Below are positions 48,020 through 54,654 of a stretch of 54,654 nt of DNA, piece by piece. The notes below the pieces were generated by a model, which saw nothing but the letters and a program-made list of their open reading frames with translations, had not been told where the DNA came from and did not search any database. Position 1 is the first letter of the stretch; the number at the start of each line of letters is the position of its first letter. This DNA comes from a virus (lineage: Duplodnaviria > Caudoviricetes): IMG/VR virus record IMGVR_UViG_3300007541_000026, positions 1-54,654 of that record; one strand, written 5' to 3'. The translations under genes and the position numbers were made by a program.

Positions 48020-48625
48020 CTAGTTGAGGATTTCGCGCTCGGCTTCCGCCCTGATCTGTGCGACGCGCTGGAAACTCAGCCCGACCGTCTCCGCGATCTG
48101 CTTCAGCGTCTTCGGCACGTCGCCGTCGAAACCGTAGTACAGGCTGACCACCTGCTGGTGCTTCTCCGACATTGTGCTCAGGCGAGCGAGCACATACTCG
48201 CGCATCAGGCTGCGTTCTGCCAGATCGTCAGGTCGCTCCAGGGCGCACGCCGGGTCGACGAAGCCCTCCTCACCGGAGGTCGCTGCCGGGACCAGTACAG
48301 GGCGATCCTCGTCGTCTGAGCGGTCGTTGATGGCCCGGTCGAGTACGCGACTCTTCTGGACCGCTCGCCGGACGTGGTGCGTGACCCACTGGGTCGCGAT
48401 CGTTGTGAACCGGCCCTTGTCCGGGTCGAACTTGCCTGCCGCGACCATGAGCCCCTCGATCGCCTCCTGCCGGAGATCGTCGAAGTCGACATCGTTGCCG
48501 CGCCACTTGTTCGCGATGAAAAAGGCGAGGCGCAGGTTCCGGGTGACCAGCTCGTCGCGCGTGGCCTCTCGCTCCTCTTCCGAGGTCATCAGCTTCATGC
48601 TCTTTGCTTCGTCGTAATCGAACAA
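48020..48625 (-). CDS. Phage-encoded sigma70-family sigma factor (regions 2 and 4)
   Basis: GGAGG SD with TTG start; LV..NLRLA..IA..., DDL.QE...GL..A..KFDP.KG.F.T.A..W and T L.QIA..VGLS.QRV.QI. Confidence 0.9.
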   Translation of the reverse strand: MFDYDEAKSMKLMTSEEEREATRDELVTRNLRLAFFIANKWRGNDVDFDDLRQEAIEGLMVAAGKFDPDKGRFTTIATQWVTHHVRRAVQKSRVLDRAINDRSDDEDRPVLVPAATSGEEGFVDPACALERPDDLAERSLMREYVLARLSTMSEKHQQVVSLYYGFDGDVPKTLKQIAETVGLSFQRVAQIRAEAEREILN

Positions 48626-48737
48626 ATGTGTACCTCCTAGATAAAGGGCCGGGGAGCCCTCGCGGCCTGCGCCGTCTTTTTCAGTTTTTTGGCTACCTTG
48701 CCCTCTCGGGCTCCCCGGCCGCTTTTCGTTTTCGGAT

Positions 48738-48766
48738 ACCTTAGACGGGAACTTTAGGGTTGTCAA
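48738..48766 (-). promoter_or_regulatory. Canonical sigma70 promoter upstream of the sigma gene
   Basis: Minus strand TTGACA-17 nt-TAAGGT. Confidence 0.7.
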
Positions 48767-49200
48767 CGGGTTTGGTGTCGGATCGCGTTGAGCAGGAAGC
48801 AGACGCAGACGCCGAGCCATAGGGCCGTCTCGAAGACCGGCTCCGACACCGCGATCGGGTTGCTCCACACCGAGCACTCGTCCGCTTTGCAGGCTCGGGC
48901 CTGAACCCATCCGTTGGTCGCCGGGTGCTCGATGGTCGCCTCGTGGCACTCGTACCAGTTGTCGACCACGCAGAGGTCGACGTCGGACTGCGCGGGCGGA
49001 GTGCCGTCGGCGGTCGTGAGCACCTCGATGCAGACCTCCTCGACGACGTCCAGAGGGCACTCAAAGCCGCCTAGTTCGTCGAGGATCGGAGCAGCCGTGC
49101 CGAGGCCATGCCCGGGCGCGAACCCCAGCTCCTCGGTGAACCGCCATTCGTGGTGGTCGGCGCCAGGCGCTGGCTGGAAGTATCTGAATATGTTGATCAT
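48763..49200 (-). CDS. Cys-rich protein with PEP-CTERM-like C-terminal anchor
   Basis: Ends SNPIAVSEP-VFETALWLGVCVCFLLNAI-RHQTR; six Cys upstream of the anchor. Confidence 0.55.
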   Translation of the reverse strand: MINIFRYFQPAPGADHHEWRFTEELGFAPGHGLGTAAPILDELGGFECPLDVVEEVCIEVLTTADGTPPAQSDVDLCVVDNWYECHEATIEHPATNGWVQARACKADECSVWSNPIAVSEPVFETALWLGVCVCFLLNAIRHQTR

Positions 49201-49285
49201 TGGAACGCTCCCATCTCGTACATGAACCACGTCCATGCGATCGCGTACACTGTGAACCAAGTCAGGAAAATCCGGTCTGCCTGTT

Positions 49286-49504
49286 TCATTTCAATTTGCT
49301 CCTCTCGCGCTCCAGCCGACCGAAGAGGTCCACCAGCGGCATGTTGAGATCCGCGTCCTCCGCCTCCAGCGCGTCGGCCACTCGGCCGAGGCTGGCTTCG
49401 AGGAAGTCGATGAACTCGATCTTCTCCTCGTTCGTTCGGTAGTCATTCCCGAGCACTCTGTCGAGCAACTTGGGCGCGGCCTTCACCAGTTCGTGCTTCG
49501 TCAC
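49286..49504 (-). CDS. Hypothetical protein
   Basis: GAGGAG SD, GTGA overlap. Confidence 0.6.
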   Translation of the reverse strand: MTKHELVKAAPKLLDRVLGNDYRTNEEKIEFIDFLEASLGRVADALEAEDADLNMPLVDLFGRLERERSKLK

Positions 49505-49701
49505 CCTGTGAACTCCTCGTCGTCGAAGAACAGGACCGAGTCGACCTCGGCCTGCCACATCCGGCGGGTATTTCGGACCGACTCCTGAATCTGGTCCAGG
49601 CCCCGGAGGGTCCGGTCGGCCGGGAGCTTCGTCCGGCCCGTCCGCTTTCCAGCGGTCCGGTTCTTGATGTATCGTACTTCGTCGTCGTGCAGGTTCTTCA
49701 T
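49501..49701 (-). CDS. Hypothetical basic protein
   Basis: AAGGAG SD. Confidence 0.6.
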   Translation of the reverse strand: MKNLHDDEVRYIKNRTAGKRTGRTKLPADRTLRGLDQIQESVRNTRRMWQAEVDSVLFFDDEEFTG

Positions 49702-49731
49702 GGGTCTCCTTTGTGGTTGTTGAGTCACTCT

Positions 49732-49765
49732 TCGGCCAGTCTAGCAGCAGACTTTAGCCCTGCAA
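49732..49765 (-). promoter_or_regulatory. Second-class promoter candidate
   Basis: Minus strand TTGCAG-16 nt-TAGACT-GGCCGA. Confidence 0.55.
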
Positions 49766-50359
49766 GACATAACCTCCGAGATAGTGCGAGAATTTCTCAC
49801 GCTCCTCCCGGTTCGCGAAGACGTTGACGACCTTGGCGCCGTCGCACTTGAGGTGCGTGTAGCCCGTGAAGTCCTTGCGTCGCTGTCGGAACCACTGGCG
49901 GCCGCAGGATGAGCACTGGGCGACCGGCTTGCGGAACTCGTTGATCGCGGCCCGGAAGACCGGGTCCTCGTGGCAAGCCTCGGGTCTCGCGCCGACGATC
50001 CTCGCCCACCGCTTCCAGTTGGCGTCGTGGTTCGTTCGGCCCCTCTGGAGGTCGTCCAGAAGGTGCGCCACCTCGTGCAGGAACGTGTCCCGCATCTGGC
50101 CCATCTCCGACACCGGGAGGTGCGTCAGTGCGATCTTCCGCTCGGCGCCGGTTCGCTGATACCAGCCGTAGCAGCTCTCCTTCCGCCCCGTCGAGATGAC
50201 GCGAGCGTGTAGGAAGATGCTTCGAGCCTCCGCAGTCAGCTCGGTGCGAGGCATCGACCAAGCGGCTTCCTCGACCCGATCCCGCACGCCGAAGAAGTCG
50301 GCGAGGGTCAGGATCGTCTGGCTGCCGTCGATGAGGTGCTTGGGCATCTGGAAAGTCAT
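49754..50359 (-). CDS. SprT-like zinc metalloprotease with C-terminal Zn finger
   Basis: TFLHEVAH, NHD..WK.W...VGA.P..C, CSSCG and H..C motifs; GGAGG SD. Confidence 0.88.
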   Translation of the reverse strand: MTFQMPKHLIDGSQTILTLADFFGVRDRVEEAAWSMPRTELTAEARSIFLHARVISTGRKESCYGWYQRTGAERKIALTHLPVSEMGQMRDTFLHEVAHLLDDLQRGRTNHDANWKRWARIVGARPEACHEDPVFRAAINEFRKPVAQCSSCGRQWFRQRRKDFTGYTHLKCDGAKVVNVFANREEREKFSHYLGGYVLQG

Positions 50360-50382
50360 TTTCGGGTCCTCCGTGTTGGTTC

Positions 50383-50416
50383 TCGGCCAGTATATCCAGC
50401 TTATCGGGCGGCGCAA
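50383..50416 (-). promoter_or_regulatory. Second-class promoter candidate
   Basis: Minus strand TTGCGC-16 nt-TATACT-GGCCGA. Confidence 0.55.
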
Positions 50417-50459
50417 CCTGTTCTTTAGGTTTTTTTTTACGCGCCGCCCGATTTTTTTT
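50403..50459 (+). terminator. Hairpin with T-tail on the + (antisense) strand
   Basis: ATCGGGCGGCGC...GCGCCGCCCGAT 12-bp stem followed by a T-run. Confidence 0.55.
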
Positions 50460-51244
50460 CATACTGCCACCGGAGCCGGGATCGCGGGCATCGGGTTGTA
50501 TCCGATGATCTCGAAGTCCTGCGGCTCGTACGCGCCCGCCCGACCAAACTGCCGGTTCACGGAGAGCCTCGGCAGGCTCGGCCAGTGCCTGTTGACCAGC
50601 TCGTACGCTTTGTCGACGTGGTTCGAGTAGATGTGCGCGTCCCCGACGTTCACCCGCAGCTTCCTCGGCTGCGCCCCGATCGGAGCCGCCAGGATGTGCG
50701 CCAGAGCTGCGTACGACGCGATGTTGAATGGCACGCCGAGGAACATGTCCGCAGAGCGCATGTCGAACAGCATGTCGAGATGCCCATCGCGGCTGACGTA
50801 GACTTGGAACGACCTATGGCACGGCGGGAGCGCCATGTCGGGGATCTCAGCCGGGTTCCAAGCGGAGACGACGTGGCGGCGACTGAACGGGTCGTGAGCG
50901 AGCGCCCACTGAAGCTCTTCGATCTGGTCGACACCACCAAAGTCACGCCACTGAGCGCCGTAGATGGGCCCAAGCTCGCCGTTCTCGTCCGCCCACTCGT
51001 CCCAGATCGAGACTCCCCGCTCGTTCAGGTAGTTGACGTTTGTATGGCCCTGAAGGAACCAGCAGAGTTCGGTGATGATGCTCTTCCAGTGGGTCCGCTT
51101 GCCCGTGAGCAGTGGGAACTCTCGGTGGATGTCGTTGAACTCCATCGAGATCCCGAAGACGCTACGCGTGCCCACGCCGGTCCGGTCTTCGCGCTCCTCT
51201 CCATTGAAAAGGATGTGCCTCAGAGCGTTCCTGTAGTCTTCCAT
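50459..51244 (-). CDS. thyA: Thymidylate synthase
   Basis: DRTGVGT, FPLLT.K, IWDEWAD.NG.LGP.YG.QWR, MALPPCH, RSAD.FLGVPFNIASY and GDAHIY.NH. Confidence 0.97.
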   Translation of the reverse strand: MEDYRNALRHILFNGEEREDRTGVGTRSVFGISMEFNDIHREFPLLTGKRTHWKSIITELCWFLQGHTNVNYLNERGVSIWDEWADENGELGPIYGAQWRDFGGVDQIEELQWALAHDPFSRRHVVSAWNPAEIPDMALPPCHRSFQVYVSRDGHLDMLFDMRSADMFLGVPFNIASYAALAHILAAPIGAQPRKLRVNVGDAHIYSNHVDKAYELVNRHWPSLPRLSVNRQFGRAGAYEPQDFEIIGYNPMPAIPAPVAV

Positions 51245-51245
51245 G

Positions 51246-51419
51246 TCAGTCCTCCTTCAGCCGTCTCGCCAGCTCGCTGCACGCCGTCCCGAGAGACATC
51301 CCTGTCTTAGCGGGCCTTCCGCCACTCCAGATTTCCCATGCGAATGTTTCGTTCATCGCATCGCGCTTACGGCGCAGCTCGTAGTCGCCCGCTGCGAGCG
51401 CGATGTCGCTCCCACTCAT
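51246..51419 (-). CDS. Small hypothetical protein
   Basis: Fills the gap between PRP and thyA; AGGAGG upstream. Confidence 0.5.
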   Translation of the reverse strand: MSGSDIALAAGDYELRRKRDAMNETFAWEIWSGGRPAKTGMSLGTACSELARRLKED

Positions 51420-51420
51420 G

Positions 51421-51918
51421 TTAATCAAGTCGGTCCTCCTTTCTCGGCGGCATGAGATCTCGCCTCTCGCGGAGACGAGTGCCCTCTAGGTTCGACCCAC
51501 GGAGCTTCGCGCCGCTCAGCTCGGCTCCGAGAAGGTCTGCCCCGCGTAGGTCAGCGTGGCGAAAGTCCGCTGCACGGAGGTCGGCATGGCGGAGACCCGC
51601 AACAACGAGGTCCGCGCTGCGGAGGTCCGCGCTGCGTAGATCTGCGCAGCAGAGATCTGCGTTAGTTAGGCTCGCATAAGAGAGATCAGCCCATCGGAGG
51701 TCTGCGCCGCGGAGGTTCGCGCCGCGGAGGTCGGCGTGCCTCAGAGTGGCTCCTCTCAAGGTCGCCCCAGCGAGATCCGCGCGTCGCAGATCAACTCCAG
51801 GTAGGTACATGCCTTGTAGGTCCGCGGCGCCGAGGTCTGCGTATCGGCCCCCCTCGGCGTTGTCGAGGAACAGCCTGTGCCGCCTGAGGATCTCATCCAG
51901 TTCGTCTTGGTCCATCAT
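51421..51918 (-). CDS. Pentapeptide repeat protein, copy 3
   Basis: [14 protein letters not shown] leader followed by ADLR.ADL repeats. Confidence 0.92.
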   Translation of the reverse strand: MMDQDELDEILRRHRLFLDNAEGGRYADLGAADLQGMYLPGVDLRRADLAGATLRGATLRHADLRGANLRGADLRWADLSYASLTNADLCCADLRSADLRSADLVVAGLRHADLRAADFRHADLRGADLLGAELSGAKLRGSNLEGTRLRERRDLMPPRKEDRLD

Positions 51919-52425
51919 GTTGTCGCTCCTTTCTGCTACCCTTTAGAAGCGGGTGCGCTTGTCGAGTAGAACGTCGGTCAGGTTCGCGTCAGACAAATCC
52001 GCGCTGCGAAGATCCGCGCTGCGAAGGTCCGCGCCGGTCAGGTCCGCGTCGGCTAGGTTCGCGCCGGTCAGGTCCGCTCCGTTCAGGTTCGCGCCGGTCA
52101 GGTTCGCACTGATCAGGCTCGCGTAGTCCAAGTTCGCGTCGGTCAGGTTCGCGAAGGTCAGGTGCGCGCCGGTCAGGTGCGCGTCGGAAAGGTCCGCGCC
52201 GTCAAGGTCCGCTCGGCGAAGATCCGCGCCGGTCAGGTCCGCCCCGCGGAGATTTGCCCCGCGAAGATCCGCCCCGCGGAGATCCGCGCCGTCGAGGTCC
52301 GCGTCGGTCAGGTCCGCGTCGCGCAGGTTCGCGCCAGCCAAGTTCGCGCGTTCGCCACCTTCGCTTTTATCAACCCAGAGCCCGTGTAGCCTGAGGATCT
52401 CATCCAGTTCGTCTTGGTCCATCAT
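51882..52425. repeat. 37-bp exact direct repeat at PRP gene starts (51882-51918 and 52389-52425)
   Basis: GCCTGAGGATCTCATCCAGTTCGTCTTGGTCCATCAT occurs twice; a near copy lies at about 52896-52929. Confidence 0.9.
51943..52425 (-). CDS. Pentapeptide repeat protein, copy 2
   Basis: Same leader; A(D/N)L(T/R)(G/D) repeats; AAGGAG SD. Confidence 0.92.
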   Translation of the reverse strand: MMDQDELDEILRLHGLWVDKSEGGERANLAGANLRDADLTDADLDGADLRGADLRGANLRGADLTGADLRRADLDGADLSDAHLTGAHLTFANLTDANLDYASLISANLTGANLNGADLTGANLADADLTGADLRSADLRSADLSDANLTDVLLDKRTRF

Positions 52426-52449
52426 TCTGTTACTCCTTTCTGCTCCCAT

Positions 52450-52929
52450 TCAGAAGCGGGTGTGCTCGTCGATTAGAACGTCGGTCAGGTTCGCGTCAGA
52501 CAAGTCCGCGCCGCGAAGGTTCGCGGAGCGCAGGTTCGCGCCGGGAAGGTACGCGTCGGTCAGGTTCGCGCCGGGAAGGTACGCGTCGGACAGGTTCGCG
52601 TCGGTCAGGATCGCGCCGGACAGGTACGCGCCGGTCAGGGTCGCGTCGGACAGGTTCGCGCCTTGGAGGTCCGCGTCGGAAAGGTCCGCGCTGGTCAGGT
52701 CCGCCCCGCGGAGATTTGCCCCGCGGAGATCCGCCCCGCGGAGATCCGCGCCGTCGAGGTCCGCCCCGCGGAGATCCGCCCCGCGGAGATCCGCGCCGTC
52801 GAGGTCCGCGACGGTCAGGTCCGCGTCGCGCAGGTTCGCGCCAGCCAGGTTCGCGCGTTTGCCACTGTCTGCTCCTTCGGCCCAGAGTTTGTGCAGCCTG
52901 AGGATCTCGTCTAGCTCGTCTTGGTCCAT
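52450..52929 (-). CDS. Pentapeptide repeat protein, copy 1
   Basis: Same leader; C-terminus DANLTDVL.D..TRF shared with copy 2. Confidence 0.92.
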   Translation of the reverse strand: MDQDELDEILRLHKLWAEGADSGKRANLAGANLRDADLTVADLDGADLRGADLRGADLDGADLRGADLRGANLRGADLTSADLSDADLQGANLSDATLTGAYLSGAILTDANLSDAYLPGANLTDAYLPGANLRSANLRGADLSDANLTDVLIDEHTRF

Positions 52930-52933
52930 CTCC

Positions 52934-53152
52934 TCAATCCTCCATCACTTCAACTTCAAAGTTGGGATCGTCGTTTTCGGCTACCCATCGCGCATCATCA
53001 GAACCGTTTGCTGGTCGAAGAGACAGAAACGGTCCTTTTGCTCCCGGGCGAGCAAGAATTGTCTCGCGTTTTCTTTCGACGAGCCAAAACGCACCATGTT
53101 CACGAACACGGTTCTTGCCGTGTCTCGTTTTGCCGATCAATCGAACTTTCAT
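52934..53152 (-). CDS. Small hypothetical phage protein
   Basis: GAGGAG SD; GKT.HGKNRV.EHG..W motif. Confidence 0.7.
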   Translation of the reverse strand: MKVRLIGKTRHGKNRVREHGAFWLVERKRETILARPGAKGPFLSLRPANGSDDARWVAENDDPNFEVEVMED

Positions 53153-53165
53153 TCTATTACTCCTC

Positions 53166-53255
53166 TCACATCTGCATTCTGATCTCGTCGATCAGTACGT
53201 ACAGGAAGGTCACCATGATAGCCGCCCCGACGATCGCCGCCAGTGTCTCCCACAT
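53166..53255 (-). CDS. 29-aa single-TM peptide (not in ORF track)
   Basis: MWETLAAIVGAAIMVTFLYVLIDEIRMQM; TGATG-coupled to the upstream gene and fills the gap. Confidence 0.6.
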   Translation of the reverse strand: MWETLAAIVGAAIMVTFLYVLIDEIRMQM

Positions 53256-53518
53256 CAGAGGTAGGCCCCGCCCGAGCCGATCTCTTCGCCCTCAGCCTTC
53301 TGGCTCGCCTCGTACGCCTGCTGCTTCACGCACTGGGGGTCTCCGCAGTCGCAGGGCTCCAGCTTGCCGAACTCGCCGCTCGCGGCCTTGGACAACACCA
53401 TCTGCTTCAGGACCGCCTCCAGAGCCGTGAGCATCTCGCGGACCGTCGCCTCCAGCTTCTCGACTCGCTTCTCCAGCTCCTCGCCACCGCTCTCCGTAAT
53501 CGTCACATTGATCGCCAT
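53255..53518 (-). CDS. Hypothetical coiled-coil protein with C-x-C-x4-C
   Basis: AGGAGG SD. Confidence 0.65.
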   Translation of the reverse strand: MAINVTITESGGEELEKRVEKLEATVREMLTALEAVLKQMVLSKAASGEFGKLEPCDCGDPQCVKQQAYEASQKAEGEEIGSGGAYL

Positions 53519-53521
53519 ATC

Positions 53522-53809
53522 TCAGTCCTCCTTGTGCTCGGTGCAAGCCACCGAGATGCTTCCGTCGTCGTTCGCCACCAGCTTTGCGGACGCCGTGCCC
53601 GCCGGACAGACGTCCTCGATGATGCTGAGCGGGATCGGCCCGTTCAGCTCGTGGGTCCCCGGCGACCCGCAGGCCACCTGCGTGCGGTTGTCGAGATCGA
53701 CGATCCGCGCCCCGTCGGTGCAGAGGCCAGTTACTGCGGCCACCTGATGCGTCGCGCAGCCCGCCGTTGCCAAGATGATGCCCGCGAGGGCCGTCGTGAA
53801 GAATTTCAT
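53522..53809 (-). CDS. Putative lipoprotein
   Basis: MKFFTTALAGIILATAG-C lipobox plus four further Cys; AGGAGG SD. Confidence 0.75.
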   Translation of the reverse strand: MKFFTTALAGIILATAGCATHQVAAVTGLCTDGARIVDLDNRTQVACGSPGTHELNGPIPLSIIEDVCPAGTASAKLVANDDGSISVACTEHKED

Positions 53810-53825
53810 GTCTGTCTCCTCCTTC

Positions 53826-54026
53826 TCAGTTGAGCGCGTCAATCGCTCGGTCCATGATCCCAGCGACTGCGTCGCGCAGATCGTCCCCTTCGCCGGGGAA
53901 GCAGAGGTCGATCTCGGCCATCAGTCTATCTGCCCGTCGGAAGATCTCCCGAATGCCGTCCCTGTCCTGATCCTCTACAAAGAATCCCAGCTCCTCGTCC
54001 ATGCTCCGAATCTCGTTCTCAAACAC
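53826..54026 (-). CDS. Small acidic hypothetical protein
   Basis: GAGGAGG SD with GTG start, right after promoter. Confidence 0.65.
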   Translation of the reverse strand: MFENEIRSMDEELGFFVEDQDRDGIREIFRRADRLMAEIDLCFPGEGDDLRDAVAGIMDRAIDALN

Positions 54027-54048
54027 CCTGTTCCTCCTCTCTCTGTGC

Positions 54049-54077
54049 ATTATAGCACGGTTCGCCAAATCATTCTA
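54049..54077 (-). promoter_or_regulatory. Phage promoter consensus
   Basis: Minus strand TAGAATGATT-TGGCGAAC-CGTGCTATAAT. Confidence 0.85.
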
Positions 54078-54197
54078 CTAGGGAGATCCGATCGCCGCTC
54101 CGGGAGATCGACTGCACGTCGTCCGTTGTGAAGCTGATAGCTGCCCCCTCGCCGTCCGGGGCGAAGGCCGGTTCGGATCGTCGTGAAGGTCGTCATT

Positions 54198-54350
54198 CTA
54201 CCACTCTCCCTTCTCACGCTTCGCGTGCTTCACCTTGCGGCTCCGCGCCTTGTCCTTCTTGGACTTGTGGCGCCCGCCCTTCGGCATCTCGCGAAACAGC
54301 TCGCGCGACGCCTTCTTGATAGCCTTGATCGTGTCGCTCTTCTGGTCCAT
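54198..54350 (-). CDS. 50-aa very basic peptide (not in ORF track)
   Basis: MDQKSDTIKAIKKASRELFREMPKGGRHKSKKDKARSRKVKHAKREKGEW; TAATG coupling with GAGG upstream. Confidence 0.65.
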   Translation of the reverse strand: MDQKSDTIKAIKKASRELFREMPKGGRHKSKKDKARSRKVKHAKREKGEW

Positions 54351-54586
54351 TAGCCCTTCCTCATGTTTGCGAGCCGGTGCTCCAGCTCGGCGATGTTCAT
54401 CCGCCCGACGGGGCCCACACCCCCCGCCTCGATGTACTGGCGCTGGAGCGACTCCAGGTAGTACCCGTCCACGACGTCCTTCAGCTCCTGCATCGTGAAG
54501 TCGCTGTAGTCGGTCCGATCTCGGAAGCCGCGGGCGTCCTTCGAGATGTCGGAAATGATGTTCAGCAGTTCAGCTCGTTCGTCCAT
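54350..54586 (-). CDS. Hypothetical phage protein (ISD..KDA.GFR.R motif)
   Basis: AGGAGG SD before ATG 54586. Confidence 0.7.
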   Translation of the reverse strand: MDERAELLNIISDISKDARGFRDRTDYSDFTMQELKDVVDGYYLESLQRQYIEAGGVGPVGRMNIAELEHRLANMRKG

Positions 54587-54654
54587 CGTCTTGTCCTCCT
54601 GTTCCTTGATTATATTCATCTCATCGGCCGACGCAAGGGCCACTTGAGGAAAAA

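Noticed and set aside
48660-48710. c-di-GMP-I riboswitch (GGCAA...GAAA...GGCGCA-like words on the - strand)
   Set aside because: The stem that should flank GAAA does not pair and the downstream consensus is missing.
48626-49060. 346-aa sigma factor with a long N-terminal extension
   Set aside because: The extension is low-complexity, overlaps another gene, a promoter and a hairpin; GGAGG supports TTG 48625.
49797-50462. 221-aa ORF overlapping SprT in another frame
   Set aside because: It is ATGA-coupled to thyA, but runs through the hairpin/A-tract region and then out of frame over SprT with Arg/Pro-rich junk composition; translation cannot be fully excluded.
50459-51244. dUMP hydroxymethylase / base-modification pathway as in YuA-like phages
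   Set aside because: The motifs are canonical ThyA and I recognised no accompanying modification enzymes.
51421-52929. CRISPR array or DGR template/variable repeats
   Set aside because: The repeats are 15-bp coding periodicity and gene duplication; there are no unique spacers, no adenine-specific mismatch pattern noticed and no reverse transcriptase.

Overview
This window is most of a GC-rich, long-tailed dsDNA bacteriophage genome (siphovirus morphology) with two convergent arms. The + strand (about 150-29,750) is the morphogenesis and lysis arm: basic protein, TerL, portal, scaffold, major capsid protein, an unusual three-gene insert, head-tail proteins, two tandem tail-tube paralogs, a frameshifting tail chaperone, tape measure, tail-tip proteins, M15 endolysin, a holin-like gene and a DUF1353/PLA2-like gene. 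The - strand (about 29,950-54,600) is the early/replication arm: dNMP kinase, SNF2 helicase, VRR-NUC nuclease, SMR-like membrane protein, class II RNR, PolA, SSB, Cas4-like nuclease, primase-helicase, T5 A1-like protein, a sigma70-family factor, SprT-like proteases, ThyA, four pentapeptide-repeat genes and many small ORFs. I saw no integrase, tRNA, CRISPR array or reverse transcriptase. TerS is probably outside the window. The most unusual signal is an 838-aa fibre-like protein in the head module that has a Sec signal peptide and ten Cys in five consecutive pairs; several other Cys-paired, envelope-targeted proteins accompany it, including a PEP-CTERM-like one. Other notable signals are the duplicated tail tube gene, AUG-loop hairpins in front of head genes, a genome-wide TAGAA-N13-CGTGCTATAAT promoter family, a recently triplicated pentapeptide-repeat cassette and several structured non-coding regions. 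All product calls come from motif recognition by eye and gene context, not from database searches.
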